From Thermoplasmatota archaeon (lineage in GTDB: Archaea; Thermoplasmatota; Thermoplasmata; Thermoplasmatales; GCA-001856825), in contig JAMCUN010000012.1 of the NCBI GenBank assembly GCA_023381415.1, forward strand, positions 344 to 64,343: a stretch of DNA of 64,000 bases. The letters run 5' to 3'. The position numbers were made by a program, and so were the translations under genes. The notes below the pieces were generated by a model. It was not told where the DNA came from, made no database searches, and saw only the letters and a program-made list of their open reading frames with translations. This document shows positions 19,398-29,631 of the stretch, piece by piece. Positions within the stretch are counted from its first letter, which is position 1. Every line of letters begins with the position of its first letter.

Positions 19398-20546
19398 CTA
19401 AGAGTGGATCTTTTGCCACATATGTTTTGCTAGCCTGCCTTCGTACAGGAACTTGTCGTAGTCCCTTTCACTGGCTTCCCTCTTCCTTCTGTGTTCTTCG
19501 AGTAACTCATTCACCTTTTGTGCAAGTATTTTCTTTATTTCTCCTGTGAGCATCCTGCCGGCGGAATATTCATCAGCAATCCTCTTGATTTCATCATCAT
19601 CCTCCTCGAATATATAGTAGAGCCACTGGTATGGCACATCCACATTCAAATCTGCTCCCAGCTTCCTCTGGAGCTCTGTCGTCGCCTGTCCCCCGGAAAA
19701 AGCATACTTCATGATCTTCTTCTCGACGGTCTTGGGAGGGTCAGAGAGGTAGACTGCAGATTCAGGGATCGATGAACTCATCTTCCCCCCAGAACTGGCA
19801 AGGGGTGGCAGGAATTTGCTGTGTATTTCTGCTGCTTTGTGGTATCCTAGTGATTCAGCTAGGTCCCTCTGCAGCCTCCAGTATGGGTCCTGATCTATTG
19901 CAGCAGGGATCAGGCACCTGCTCTTCTCGAACATTGTCGGGACTATCTGTATAGCAGGATAGAACAGGATTCCTATGTTTGACGATGAATCAAGCCCGAA
20001 CGTCGCCTTTATCTGTGAGAAATTAAGTCTCTTGGCTATAGATGTGACCAGAGGGTACATGTTCCTTATGTACTCCGTATCCTTGAAGATGAAAGTCTTG
20101 TCCGGATTGAACCCTACTGCAATTATGTCCAAGATGTTCTGGTAGGCCCATTCCGAAGTCTGCTTGAGGGTGTACTCCTGGTTGCGCATGAATTTTTCAT
20201 CGTCTGTTATCTCAATATAGACATTGACGTCAAAGATATCCTGTAGCCACTTGGTAAATAGGAAAGGAACCAGGTGACCAATGTGCATTCCAAGGGATGG
20301 TGCCCTGCCCGTGTATAGGAAGAACCCCTTACCTTCTCTATAATCTTTGAGTATCAGGTCGAGGTCCCTGTGTGAGAAAAAAATGTTTCGGCGCAGCATG
20401 ACGTGCATCTTCCCCTTGGAAATCGTGGAAATGTCGTTCAATATTTCATTTGATATCTTCTGGGTCCCGAATTGCTGTATGAGTCTCTCATAGTCTACCT
20501 TTCCAGTGACTTCCCAGGGTGTAACTTTGAAATTATCCTCTTGCAC
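19398..20546 (-). CDS. trpS: Tryptophan--tRNA ligase
   Basis: VTPWEV, HIGH, DQDPYWR, KMSSS. Confidence 0.96.
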   Translation of the reverse strand: MQEDNFKVTPWEVTGKVDYERLIQQFGTQKISNEILNDISTISKGKMHVMLRRNIFFSHRDLDLILKDYREGKGFFLYTGRAPSLGMHIGHLVPFLFTKWLQDIFDVNVYIEITDDEKFMRNQEYTLKQTSEWAYQNILDIIAVGFNPDKTFIFKDTEYIRNMYPLVTSIAKRLNFSQIKATFGLDSSSNIGILFYPAIQIVPTMFEKSRCLIPAAIDQDPYWRLQRDLAESLGYHKAAEIHSKFLPPLASSGGKMSSSIPESAVYLSDPPKTVEKKIMKYAFSGGQATTELQRKLGADLNVDVPYQWLYYIFEEDDDEIKRIADEYSAGRMLTGEIKKILAQKVNELLEEHRRKREASERDYDKFLYEGRLAKHMWQKIHS

Positions 20547-20653
20547 CCAGAGTAATAGTGACACGTGATAAAATCATTTTTGAATCTAGGGCTGATGTAT
20601 GGCAGTCTCAAGTACCGCAGAAAATACTTCTATACATTTCAGCATGCACTATC

Positions 20654-21118
20654 ATGACATTCAGCATAGAAGTTAGTGGATTCGATAACGGAGGGGAAAT
20701 CCCCGCAGAACTCACATGCGATGGCAAGAATCATTCCCCTAGGATACTCCTGAACGATATCCCTAAAGGGACTAAATCACTTGCACTAGTTGTCGAGGAC
20801 CCGGATGCACCAGTAGGATTGTTTGTTCACTGGGTGATATTCAACATAAATTCCGACATACCTGTGATCAGAGAGAACATAGAGAAATCTCAAAGGACAT
20901 CCGAAGGTTTCTTGCAAGGAAAGAATGATTTTGGTAGAATCGGCTACGACGGGCCGTGCCCACCTAAAGGGCACGGATATCACAGGTATTTCTTCAGGAT
21001 GTTCGCATTAGGCGGAACGGTCACTGTCGATGGTGCAGTTTCAAGAGACAGACTACTGAAGGCTATTGAGGGCAAGGTGCTTTCACAAGCTGAATACGTG
21101 GGAAAGTACAAAAGATGA
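20654..21118 (+). CDS. YbhB/YbcL (PEBP/RKIP-like) protein
   Basis: DPDAP..FVHW, GYDGPCPP, HRYFF. Confidence 0.92.
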   Translation: MTFSIEVSGFDNGGEIPAELTCDGKNHSPRILLNDIPKGTKSLALVVEDPDAPVGLFVHWVIFNINSDIPVIRENIEKSQRTSEGFLQGKNDFGRIGYDGPCPPKGHGYHRYFFRMFALGGTVTVDGAVSRDRLLKAIEGKVLSQAEYVGKYKR

Positions 21119-22057
21119 TCATCCAAGGTAGCCTATGAAGTGGTGAGCGATAAGACCTATGGCGAATGTTGCTATAAAACCAAGCGTCACGAGGCCAAGG
21201 GATCTAAATAGATCCCTCCTAAGTCTTCCATTAGATTGTATGGAAATTACAGAAGTAACTATTCCGTCCACCAACATAACGAGGGCAAATGAAATAGATA
21301 AGGCAATGTATCTCTGGAAGAAAAGAAACGGAGCTATAGGGACTATCGCCCCGATGAAATAATACAATGCTGTATTTCCTGCAGCCGACACCGCGCGATG
21401 CGTCTGGGATGCATCTATCTGGCTCTTTGCACGTTCCGATAGATAGGCACCTATCGTCATAGAAACGAGGCCTGAAGCCCCGAAAACGATTCCACCGACA
21501 GCCACAAATATGTTATTTATGAACACTCCCGTGAGTCCTGCAACGCTAGCAAGGACTTCTATAAGTCCGTCTGACATCCCGTAAATCGCATCCCTGATTG
21601 ATTCTGAATTTCCCTTAAGTTCAGAACTCATCTGGATGAAAGCATCCTCATGTTCGCGTTCGTCCTTCAGAATCTTGTTTAGTTGCTCCTTTTCCCATTC
21701 TTCTTTCGATTCCCTTTCTATGTATTCTGAGTATTCCTTTATCGCGTCCTCTTCTCCTCTTTCCAGATAGCGGACCAGGAACGATACTCCAAATATTCTC
21801 TGGAGGAAGCCGATGTAGGAGTAGTATCCGCGGTTCCTTTTCCTGTACGGAGGGGGAGTTCCTCCTCTCTTCTTAATCAACTCAGCCCAGAAAGCGGCAT
21901 GTTTTGACTCTATATTTGATAGTTCGATCAGCTTCTTAGCGATGTCCTCGTTCCTTGCGCTCTTCCTGAATGAGGCCATTACCCTCCTAGAAATCTGCTG
22001 GTAGAGGCTTGAATCGTTCAGTTCATTCTGATAAAAAGTTTCTGGGCTAGTTACCAC
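21119..22057 (-). CDS. Rubrerythrin/ferritin-like + VIT1/CCC1 membrane protein (MbfA-like)
   Basis: ExxH pairs (ESKH, EREH) followed by IYGMSDGL and SMTIGAYLS VIT1 motifs with TM helices. Confidence 0.88.
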   Translation of the reverse strand: MVTSPETFYQNELNDSSLYQQISRRVMASFRKSARNEDIAKKLIELSNIESKHAAFWAELIKKRGGTPPPYRKRNRGYYSYIGFLQRIFGVSFLVRYLERGEEDAIKEYSEYIERESKEEWEKEQLNKILKDEREHEDAFIQMSSELKGNSESIRDAIYGMSDGLIEVLASVAGLTGVFINNIFVAVGGIVFGASGLVSMTIGAYLSERAKSQIDASQTHRAVSAAGNTALYYFIGAIVPIAPFLFFQRYIALSISFALVMLVDGIVTSVISIQSNGRLRRDLFRSLGLVTLGFIATFAIGLIAHHFIGYLG

Positions 22058-22204
22058 GCGGATGCATCAGTAAATCGTTCTTAATTGTTTCTAATTTTAA
22101 GGCACTTAGATCTGGCTCCGACATATCAAAAGTCTGATCCTAATTTTGCATAGTGGACCTCAGGAAAGAATAAATCTTTTCAAACCATAAGGGAAGGAGA
22201 TCAT

Positions 22205-23524
22205 ATGACCCAAAATGTCTTGATAATGGGGGCGGCAGGTCGTGACTTCCACAATTTCAATACGTACTTCAGGGACAGGAAAGAGTACAACGTTGTAGGA
22301 TTCACGGCCACACAGATACCCAATATAGAAGGAAGGACCTATCCGAAGGAACTGGCGGGGAAACTTTACCCGAAGGGAATACCCATATACCCAGAATCTG
22401 ATCTAACAAAACTCATAAAGGAAAAAAACGTCGATTTAGTGGTATTCTCTTATTCTGACGTAACACATGAATACGTGATGCATAAGGGATCTGAAGTCCT
22501 TGCGGCAGGAGCGAACTATCTGCTTCTAGGTCCGAAGGACACCCAGATAAAGAGCAAGAAGCCTCTTATTTCGATATGTGCCGTAAGGACAGGTTCAGGT
22601 AAATCACAGACGACAAGGAGGGTTGAAGATATACTTACGGGAATGGGAAAGAAGGTAGTGGCAATAAGGCACCCAATGCCCTACGGAAACCTCTTGGAGC
22701 AGAAAGTTCAGAGGTTTGCTACGATGGAAGATCTGGCGAAGCAGAAATGCACGATAGAAGAGAGGGAGGAGTACGAGCCTCACATAAAAAGGGGTGTAAT
22801 CATCTATGCAGGAGTGGATTATGAGGCTATACTGAGACAGGCAGAGAAAGAGGGGGACATAGTATTGTGGGATGGAGGAAACAACGATTTCTCATTCTAC
22901 AAGAGCGACCTACAGATAGTGGTGGCTGACCCGCACAGGGCAGGACACGAAACAAAATACCACCCTGGAGAAGTGAATCTGAGGTCTGCGGACGTCATAG
23001 TCATAAACAAGGAAGAAACGGCAACCCTGGAGAACATAAACATCGTGAGAGAAAACATCAGAAAACTCAATCCCAAGGCGATTGTCGTTGACGGGGCCTC
23101 TCCTTTCTTCAGTGAGGGATCGGAGAAAGTCAGAGGCAAGAAAGTGCTGGCGATAGAGGACGGCCCGACACTAACCCATGGTGAGATGAGCTACGGAGCA
23201 GCAGTGCTGTTCTCAATAAAGTACGGTGCAGCAGAGCTTGTGGACGCAAAGGAGTATGCGAAGGGGACGATAAAGGGTGTTTATGAAAAGTACAAGCAGA
23301 TACACAACTATCTACCTGCAATGGGTTATTCCCCGAAGCAGGTCAAGGACCTAGAGGCAACAATCAATGCCACGCCTGCTGATGTTGTCGTTTCCGGGAC
23401 ACCGATAGATCTCACGAAGGTCGTAAAGATAAACAAGCCCCTGGTCAATGTTAAATATGAGCTTCAGGAGATCGGAAAACCGGACTTAACAGACATACTG
23501 GAAAAATTTGTCAAGGCCCACTAG
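22205..23524 (+). CDS. COG2403 P-loop protein (cDPG synthase-like; probable arginine synthetase ArcE family)
   Basis: GAAGRDFHNFN, VRTGSGKSQ, RHPMPYG, EEREEYE, WDGGNND, EDGPTLTHG, PAMGY. Confidence 0.8.
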   Translation: MTQNVLIMGAAGRDFHNFNTYFRDRKEYNVVGFTATQIPNIEGRTYPKELAGKLYPKGIPIYPESDLTKLIKEKNVDLVVFSYSDVTHEYVMHKGSEVLAAGANYLLLGPKDTQIKSKKPLISICAVRTGSGKSQTTRRVEDILTGMGKKVVAIRHPMPYGNLLEQKVQRFATMEDLAKQKCTIEEREEYEPHIKRGVIIYAGVDYEAILRQAEKEGDIVLWDGGNNDFSFYKSDLQIVVADPHRAGHETKYHPGEVNLRSADVIVINKEETATLENINIVRENIRKLNPKAIVVDGASPFFSEGSEKVRGKKVLAIEDGPTLTHGEMSYGAAVLFSIKYGAAELVDAKEYAKGTIKGVYEKYKQIHNYLPAMGYSPKQVKDLEATINATPADVVVSGTPIDLTKVVKINKPLVNVKYELQEIGKPDLTDILEKFVKAH

Positions 23525-23762
23525 AGGCTTTTGACTCTATTTTTTTTATTAATCCCTCTTTACTTCCTTCCCACTCCACTTCTATCCTCTTCTCAACTCT
23601 TGATGGTGACTTTGGATATCTGGCCTCTACGACGTTGAATTCCAGCCCCATAGATTTGAGGATATCGAACAACTTGTGAGATGGAAAGTTCTTCTTTACC
23701 CTTCTACCCATCTTCCTTGTTACAGAATTGTCAAAATATGTTTCCCAGAGGATCCGTTTCAT
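23511..23762 (-). CDS. srp19: Signal recognition particle 19 kDa protein
   Basis: ILW.TYFD..TRKMGRRV and YPK motifs; follows rps8e as in other archaea. Confidence 0.85.
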   Translation of the reverse strand: MKRILWETYFDNSVTRKMGRRVKKNFPSHKLFDILKSMGLEFNVVEARYPKSPSRVEKRIEVEWEGSKEGLIKKIESKASSGP

Positions 23763-24142
23763 TTCTTTATCAGGACAGCATTGATTCTTCCGCTCTGCCC
23801 GGGTCTTGACGTTACTCTTGCGTTCCCAAGTTCCGTGACTACGATTGCGCCCTTTGTGATGATGTTCCTCTGCGCGAAATGCGGGTCAGCTATGTTTTCC
23901 TTTACATTCAGTATTTTGACCTTTTTTGTCACTCCGTCCTTCGGGTCTGTCACGTTAACTTCGTTCCCGCTGAGGAGCACTGACTTTGTATTTCCACCCA
24001 TGCCCCTAACCTGTTTCCTCTTGATATTTCCCAGTACCGTTAGTGTGGGTTCGTTACCTAGTTCGAACCTCTTCTTGTGCCTGTTAGACCTGAGCTTGCC
24101 TCCACTTATCTTTACGCTTGCTCTTCCGTGATATATGGCCAT
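23759..24142 (-). CDS. rps8e: 30S ribosomal protein S8e
   Basis: KRFELG, RNIITKGA, VTSRPGQSG.INAVL. Confidence 0.97.
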   Translation of the reverse strand: MAIYHGRASVKISGGKLRSNRHKKRFELGNEPTLTVLGNIKRKQVRGMGGNTKSVLLSGNEVNVTDPKDGVTKKVKILNVKENIADPHFAQRNIITKGAIVVTELGNARVTSRPGQSGRINAVLIKK

Positions 24143-24230
24143 GTAGGAGGGCTATGAAAGGAAGGTAGTTAAACCTTTCACCCTCGAACCGCATTGATGG
24201 GGTATCCTTCCCCTACTGGGTGAACGACAT

Positions 24231-25382
24231 CTACCTATTGTTCATAGGAACGTAAGGGAGGTCCAGGGAACCGGTGTACCACTCTAGGGGGCGAACTAGC
24301 TTGTTGTTCTGCCAATATTCTATTATATGGGCTCCCCATCCTGACATCCTCGAGGCCACGAATATAGGGGTGAACAGATGGGAATCGATTCCCAATACCC
24401 TGTAAAGAGGTCCTGCAAAGAAGTCTATGTTTGGCCATATCCCCTTTGTCTTTCCCAGCTTGTCTATCATCATCTTCTCAGCTATCAGGGCTATCTGGAG
24501 GAGCCTCTTGACCTCATCAGAAGGCTCCTTCGTGAGGCTCTCCTCCAGGTAGCTTCTGACAATCTTGGCTCTTGGATCGTACGTCTTATACACCCTGTGT
24601 CCGAATCCCATTATCCTCTTCTTTCCCTCTAGAGCTTCCTCTATGTATTTTTCTGTGTTGCTTGGGTCTCCGATTGCATTCATCATGCTCAAGGCGGCCT
24701 CATCAGCCCCTCCGTGAAGCGGTCCTTTCAAAGTTCCTATCCCGGTTGTGGTCGCTGAATATATGTCCGCCAAGGTGGATGCTGTAACCAGAACTGAGAA
24801 TGTTGAGGCATTCGTGCTGTGTTCTGCATGGAGAATGAACATCAGATCTATCAGTTTGCTCTCAAACTCGTTTGGTTTGTTGCCAGTGAGCATGTACAGG
24901 AAGTTAGCTGAGTGACCCAGGTTATTGTCAGGGGGGATGTAATCCTTCTTTTCCCTAAACCTCCCAGTCGCCGCGGCAATGGTCGGAAGCTTTGCCACAA
25001 GAGAAATCACCTTCTCAGTGGTTTCGTCCCCTTCCCTGTTGCTCGGGTCATTGTCGAACATTACCAGCATTGAGGCTGCAGTCCTCATGACATCCATCGG
25101 ATGGGCAGTTGGAGCCATCTTTCTGATTAAATCCTTTATGTCTCCTGGAAGCTCCCTTCTCTCCTTCAGCTTCTTGGTGAAATCATCGTACTCCTTCCTT
25201 GAAGGAAGCCTGCCTTTCAGGAGAAGATAGGTTACCTCCTCAAAATTTGACTGTCTTGCGAGTTCTTCAATTGCATACCCTCTATACCACAATTTGCCGT
25301 TCTGTCCGTCCACCTTCGATATGGAGCTTTCATCAACATAAATTCCCTCCAATCCGTAGTTTATGGTCGGTTTGTCGTTCAC
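24231..25382 (-). CDS. Citrate / 2-methylcitrate synthase
   Basis: GLEG, HAEH..NASTF, GPLHGGA, MGFGHRVYK..DPR, PNIDF; probable GTG start 25382. Confidence 0.93.
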   Translation of the reverse strand: MNDKPTINYGLEGIYVDESSISKVDGQNGKLWYRGYAIEELARQSNFEEVTYLLLKGRLPSRKEYDDFTKKLKERRELPGDIKDLIRKMAPTAHPMDVMRTAASMLVMFDNDPSNREGDETTEKVISLVAKLPTIAAATGRFREKKDYIPPDNNLGHSANFLYMLTGNKPNEFESKLIDLMFILHAEHSTNASTFSVLVTASTLADIYSATTTGIGTLKGPLHGGADEAALSMMNAIGDPSNTEKYIEEALEGKKRIMGFGHRVYKTYDPRAKIVRSYLEESLTKEPSDEVKRLLQIALIAEKMMIDKLGKTKGIWPNIDFFAGPLYRVLGIDSHLFTPIFVASRMSGWGAHIIEYWQNNKLVRPLEWYTGSLDLPYVPMNNR

Positions 25383-25488
25383 AATAATCAATCCAGATAA
25401 TCTATCCAAAATACTTAATATTAGCTTTGTGACGATAATGTGGATTGATTTAAGAAATCCTTATTTCTTTATTAGAGATGAGCAACAG

Positions 25489-26748
25489 ATGAAGACCGGC
25501 TTGGTCATTCTGTTATTCCTAGCCCTCCTGGTCCTGTTTACCATACCGGTAAGCCACGCAGATTCTCGATCCTTGGTTATCGTGGAATTCAACTACCAGG
25601 TAGATAGGGGGGCACAGGATTATTTTCAGCAGGTAATGTCCTATGCCGTATCCAACAACGATCCTGTTATAATAGTGATGAACACCCCAGGTGGATATCT
25701 GACTAACGGATTTGCAATAGTTAATTACACAATTGCAGCAGAGAAGAGCATCACTGTTACGACATACGTGCCTCCGGGCAACATGGCAGCATCAGCTGGC
25801 TCCTACATTGCCCTCTCGTCTAATTACGTGTACATGGGAAATTCAAGTTTCATAGGTCCTTCTGAACCTTATATCATTGGTGGGACTGCGCTGGAGCAGC
25901 AGCACGTCACCAACGCATCCCTTGCCTTCATGGAGTCGTTAGCGGAGGATCATGGCTGGAACCAGTCTGCTGTATATCAGATGGTTGAGCATAATGTTGC
26001 TTACACCGCACAGAACGCTTCTAGGATAGGTCTGATTACAGGTGTGTCAGATAGCCTTTCTGGGGTGATACAAAAGCTCGGATACGAGGGGCTCCCACAG
26101 GTCCAGTTCACGGAAAATACGGTTGAACAGCTAGAATCGTTCCTTTCTAACTCGACAGTTGCAGATTTTCTCATTCTGATAGGGGCCGTTGCCATACTTC
26201 TTGACATCTACCATGGGTCAATTGCGTTGAGTGTTGCTGGAATAGTAGCAATAGCACTTGGTTTCTGGGGTGTAACCCTGATAAGCTTCCAACCCATTGC
26301 AATACTCTTCATGATACTGGGTATCGCCCTGATATTCCTTGAGATAAAACTTGGACATGGGCTTGCCGTAGTTGGAGGTGTAATCCTGGTGATAGTCGGG
26401 GGGCTGATAATGATGATCGGAGTAGGATATTCTTCTCCTACTAATCCCGTGCTGAACGGGTCAAACTATGCATTTATAGCGCTTGAGGCTACGGTAGTTC
26501 CAATTGGGGCCGTCTATCTCATCGCACTCAGGAAAAAGGTCATGGCTGCTCCTGCTAAGATAGGCCCCCAGCTGATAATCGGGAAGAGGGGAAGGGCTGT
26601 GACCGAGATTTCCCCTCAGAAAAAGGGGGTAGTTAACGTAAGCTCGGAGGAGTGGACCGCAATCTCATCAGAGACGATCAACGAGGGGGATGAGGTCGAA
26701 GTTCTAGATTACAAAGATGGTGTGGTTACGGTCAGGAAGATATCTTAA
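25489..26748 (+). CDS. Long-form NfeD (ClpP-like protease domain + TM + OB fold)
   Basis: Signal peptide, NTPGG, AASAG, several TM helices, C-terminal G.V.V.SEEWTA OB domain. Confidence 0.9.
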   Translation: MKTGLVILLFLALLVLFTIPVSHADSRSLVIVEFNYQVDRGAQDYFQQVMSYAVSNNDPVIIVMNTPGGYLTNGFAIVNYTIAAEKSITVTTYVPPGNMAASAGSYIALSSNYVYMGNSSFIGPSEPYIIGGTALEQQHVTNASLAFMESLAEDHGWNQSAVYQMVEHNVAYTAQNASRIGLITGVSDSLSGVIQKLGYEGLPQVQFTENTVEQLESFLSNSTVADFLILIGAVAILLDIYHGSIALSVAGIVAIALGFWGVTLISFQPIAILFMILGIALIFLEIKLGHGLAVVGGVILVIVGGLIMMIGVGYSSPTNPVLNGSNYAFIALEATVVPIGAVYLIALRKKVMAAPAKIGPQLIIGKRGRAVTEISPQKKGVVNVSSEEWTAISSETINEGDEVEVLDYKDGVVTVRKIS

Positions 26749-27148
26749 CCCTGAGGGTAGCAGTATCCTCAAGTACCTCGGTCACAGTAACAATCTGGTT
26801 GTCAGAGGTATCAGAGTCGCATACAAAACTCCAATCTTCATTCAGTACGGTTATCGTGCCTGGGGTCCCAGCCGGCACGCCTTTGATGACCCTCCCTTTC
26901 TGGCCGATCAGTGTTTCTGGATGAAAATATTTCTTTGTTATCCTGTTGGATATTGTAATCCTGAACCCGAAAAAAAGAAGGACTGTAATGACAAGGAAAA
27001 GGAAGAAAAGACCCAGGAGGACGTTATCGCTCCTCCCAGTATTAAAATAAAGAACCAAGAATAGAAATGCGACTAGCAGGAACATGGCAAGGGGTACTAT
27101 CACCCTCATTCCATACTTCACAGTGAAGTCGCTTGGTTCCTTTGGCAT
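26732..27148 (-). CDS. Short-form NfeD (TM + OB fold)
   Basis: Two TM helices then LIGQKGRV..G.I.V.NEDW; directly downstream of SPFH gene. Confidence 0.85.
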   Translation of the reverse strand: MPKEPSDFTVKYGMRVIVPLAMFLLVAFLFLVLYFNTGRSDNVLLGLFFLFLVITVLLFFGFRITISNRITKKYFHPETLIGQKGRVIKGVPAGTPGTITVLNEDWSFVCDSDTSDNQIVTVTEVLEDTATLRVKISS

Positions 27149-27159
27149 ACGTTTCCCCG

Positions 27160-28047
27160 CTACTTCGTGTCATTTGTGGTTGAAGATGCTGCCCTCAGCG
27201 TTTCAGTGAAAGGCCTGAACATCTCCGTGAACTCCATCGGAATCACGTACTTCGTTGAGTTGCTCGATCCCAGTGTCTTCAGCATGTCAAGGTACTGCAG
27301 TGCCATGGTCTTCTGGTCTATGGCCTTTGCCGCGTTGAATATTGTGGTGAGTGCCATAGCGTAACCTTCTGCTCTCAGTATGGCAGACTGCCTGTCACCC
27401 TCTGCCCTCAGAATGTTAGATTGCTTGTCACCTTCAGCTACCGTGATAGTCGCCTGCTTCTTTCCCTCTGCCTCCGTAACTACGGCCCTCCTTGACCTTT
27501 CTGCACTCATCTGCATTATCATTGCGTCAGAAACATTCTTCGGCGGAAGTATCTCCCTTATTTCCACATTCGTAACTTTGACTCCCCATCTGGTGGTGAC
27601 CTCATCCAGCTTTGTCCTGAGTATTGCGTTTATGTTCTCTCTCTTAGAAAGAACTTCATCAAGTATGATGTCTCCTACTACTGCCCTGAGGGTAGTGGTG
27701 GCAATTCCCATGGCAGCTCCTTCGAAATTCTGAACTTGAATGACTGAATCTGATGCATTAGTTACCTTGAAATATATGATGAAATCAACGTCCACAGGGG
27801 CATTATCCTTGGTTATGCATGTCTGATGCGGTATAGTCAGATACCTTTCCCTCAGGTCGACCCTGACAGGAACATCTATCAACGGAATTATGAACACTAT
27901 TCCAGGTCCTTTCTGCGCTAGCGCCCTACCGAACCTGAAGACAACGATTCTTTGATATTCCCTGACAATCCTAATGGCATAGAAAAGGAACGCCAGTAGA
28001 ATGATCACTACTAATACTATAACTGCGTCTTCGGCTATATTGACCAT
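27160..28047 (-). CDS. SPFH/stomatin (band 7) protein
   Basis: VVFRFG, GPG, ITKDN, TTLRAVVG, WGVKV, AER.RRA coiled coil. Confidence 0.95.
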   Translation of the reverse strand: MVNIAEDAVIVLVVIILLAFLFYAIRIVREYQRIVVFRFGRALAQKGPGIVFIIPLIDVPVRVDLRERYLTIPHQTCITKDNAPVDVDFIIYFKVTNASDSVIQVQNFEGAAMGIATTTLRAVVGDIILDEVLSKRENINAILRTKLDEVTTRWGVKVTNVEIREILPPKNVSDAMIMQMSAERSRRAVVTEAEGKKQATITVAEGDKQSNILRAEGDRQSAILRAEGYAMALTTIFNAAKAIDQKTMALQYLDMLKTLGSSNSTKYVIPMEFTEMFRPFTETLRAASSTTNDTK

Positions 28048-28215
28048 GTCACATCATCAGAAGTCCGTATTAATGCTTTTTGAGGTTTTAAGCGTATTCC
28101 AGGCGCATCTTCGCAGTTTCTAATAGAAATTCGAAACCATTACAAAATTCCTTTCCAGTATTCGTTCACAAATCCGAGGTCAAAAATTATTAATATTATC
28201 TTTTTCTCTCAAAAT

Positions 28216-28644
28216 ATGGCCAAAGTTGACTACAATTCTAAACCTATTGACGACAATTTCTTCGATAAGCCGGACGAATTTCCAATTACGGGAAATCATT
28301 CAGGTCACGAGGTCAGGGCAGAAGGGAAGGAAAGGTTGGACAAGGACGGGAAGGTATATCCAACAAAGCTCGGCATTCACGGAACGAATGTAGCCGTAGA
28401 CTGGGAGTCGTGCATCGCAGACGGTTCCTGCATGGACGTATGTCCTGTCAATGTGTATGAATGGTTCCTAAATCCTGGACAGAAAGGAACAGGCAACGAT
28501 AAGAAGATTGCGGAGGGAACGGAGGAATGGAACAAGTACAGGACAGACAAATGTGATCCTATCAGGGAGGCCGACTGCATCTTCTGCAATGCCTGCGTGA
28601 CTGCCTGTCCTGTCAGTGCTATTTCAGTGGCAATGAGAAAGTAG
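28216..28644 (+). CDS. zfx: Zinc-containing dicluster ferredoxin (Thermoplasma/Sulfolobus type)
   Basis: N-terminal His extension (H..H, GIHG), CIADGSCMDVCP and CIFCNACVTACP. Confidence 0.9.
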   Translation: MAKVDYNSKPIDDNFFDKPDEFPITGNHSGHEVRAEGKERLDKDGKVYPTKLGIHGTNVAVDWESCIADGSCMDVCPVNVYEWFLNPGQKGTGNDKKIAEGTEEWNKYRTDKCDPIREADCIFCNACVTACPVSAISVAMRK

Positions 28645-28763
28645 CACGACCTACTTATTCTCGGTATTTCGACCTATTTCGATTTTGTTTTTCCCTCTTT
28701 CATTTTCTTCCAGAACGGAGGTCCACGTCAGGAAGCAGTTGCTCAAAAGTGGATCCTTATCCT

Positions 28764-29555
28764 TCATTTCAGGTACTTCCCGAAGAATGAGGAAGCTTTC
28801 TCCCATGCGTCTTCAGATGCAGCCTTATCGTATGCCGCACCATCTGTGTTTGCAAAAGCGTGCTTAGTGTTTGGGTAAATCTTCAGCTCTATCTGCTTCT
28901 TGAACTTCAGGAAAGTGTTGACAGCATCTGGAATACCTTTGTTTATGTTAGGGTCATCGCCGGCGTACAGTCCAAGCATTGGGCCTTTCATGTTGGCAAC
29001 ATCGTTAAGGTCCGGGGGATTTGCACCGTAATAGACCACAGTTGCGTCGAATGGAAGTCTGGTTGAGATCCTGAAGGACAGACCTCCTCCCATGCAGAAT
29101 CCTACAACTCCAAATTTTGCCGGCTCGAACTCTTTCTTCAAATATTCATATCCCATTGCAAGGTCCTTGATCATTCTCTCCTCCAGTGCTCCTCTTCCCA
29201 TCATGAGTTTCGTTATAACCTCTCGCTGTTCAGGATTAGCCCTTTCCATAACTGCGTTTATGGAATCCTTGTCCCCTCGCTTCTCTTGTGGAATCTCGAA
29301 AAAGAGCCTCATCGACATAGCTATGTTCTCCTGACTGAAGATTTCAGATTCCTCCTTCCTTGAATAAAGGTGCGGAGCAAGCACAAGAAATCCAAGGGAT
29401 GCTACTCTTCTGGAATAATTCTTAATGTAGTTGGTCAGTCCCCAGATCTCTTGAATGACAATTACTGCTCCCCTGGAATTCTTTTCTCCAACCAGGAAGG
29501 CGCTCACATCTGTTCCATCGAATGTCGGATACCTTATCATCTCTCCGTTATCCAT
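28764..29555 (-). CDS. Dienelactone hydrolase family protein
   Basis: QEIWGL, GFCMGG, YYG, D, HAF triad motifs. Confidence 0.92.
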   Translation of the reverse strand: MDNGEMIRYPTFDGTDVSAFLVGEKNSRGAVIVIQEIWGLTNYIKNYSRRVASLGFLVLAPHLYSRKEESEIFSQENIAMSMRLFFEIPQEKRGDKDSINAVMERANPEQREVITKLMMGRGALEERMIKDLAMGYEYLKKEFEPAKFGVVGFCMGGGLSFRISTRLPFDATVVYYGANPPDLNDVANMKGPMLGLYAGDDPNINKGIPDAVNTFLKFKKQIELKIYPNTKHAFANTDGAAYDKAASEDAWEKASSFFGKYLK

Positions 29556-29631
29556 AAAGCGCTATCAAAATGCCTAATTAAGGTTGCCTGTCGTTAAAGA
29601 AACGAACCAGCAGGATTATTAAACGCAATAC

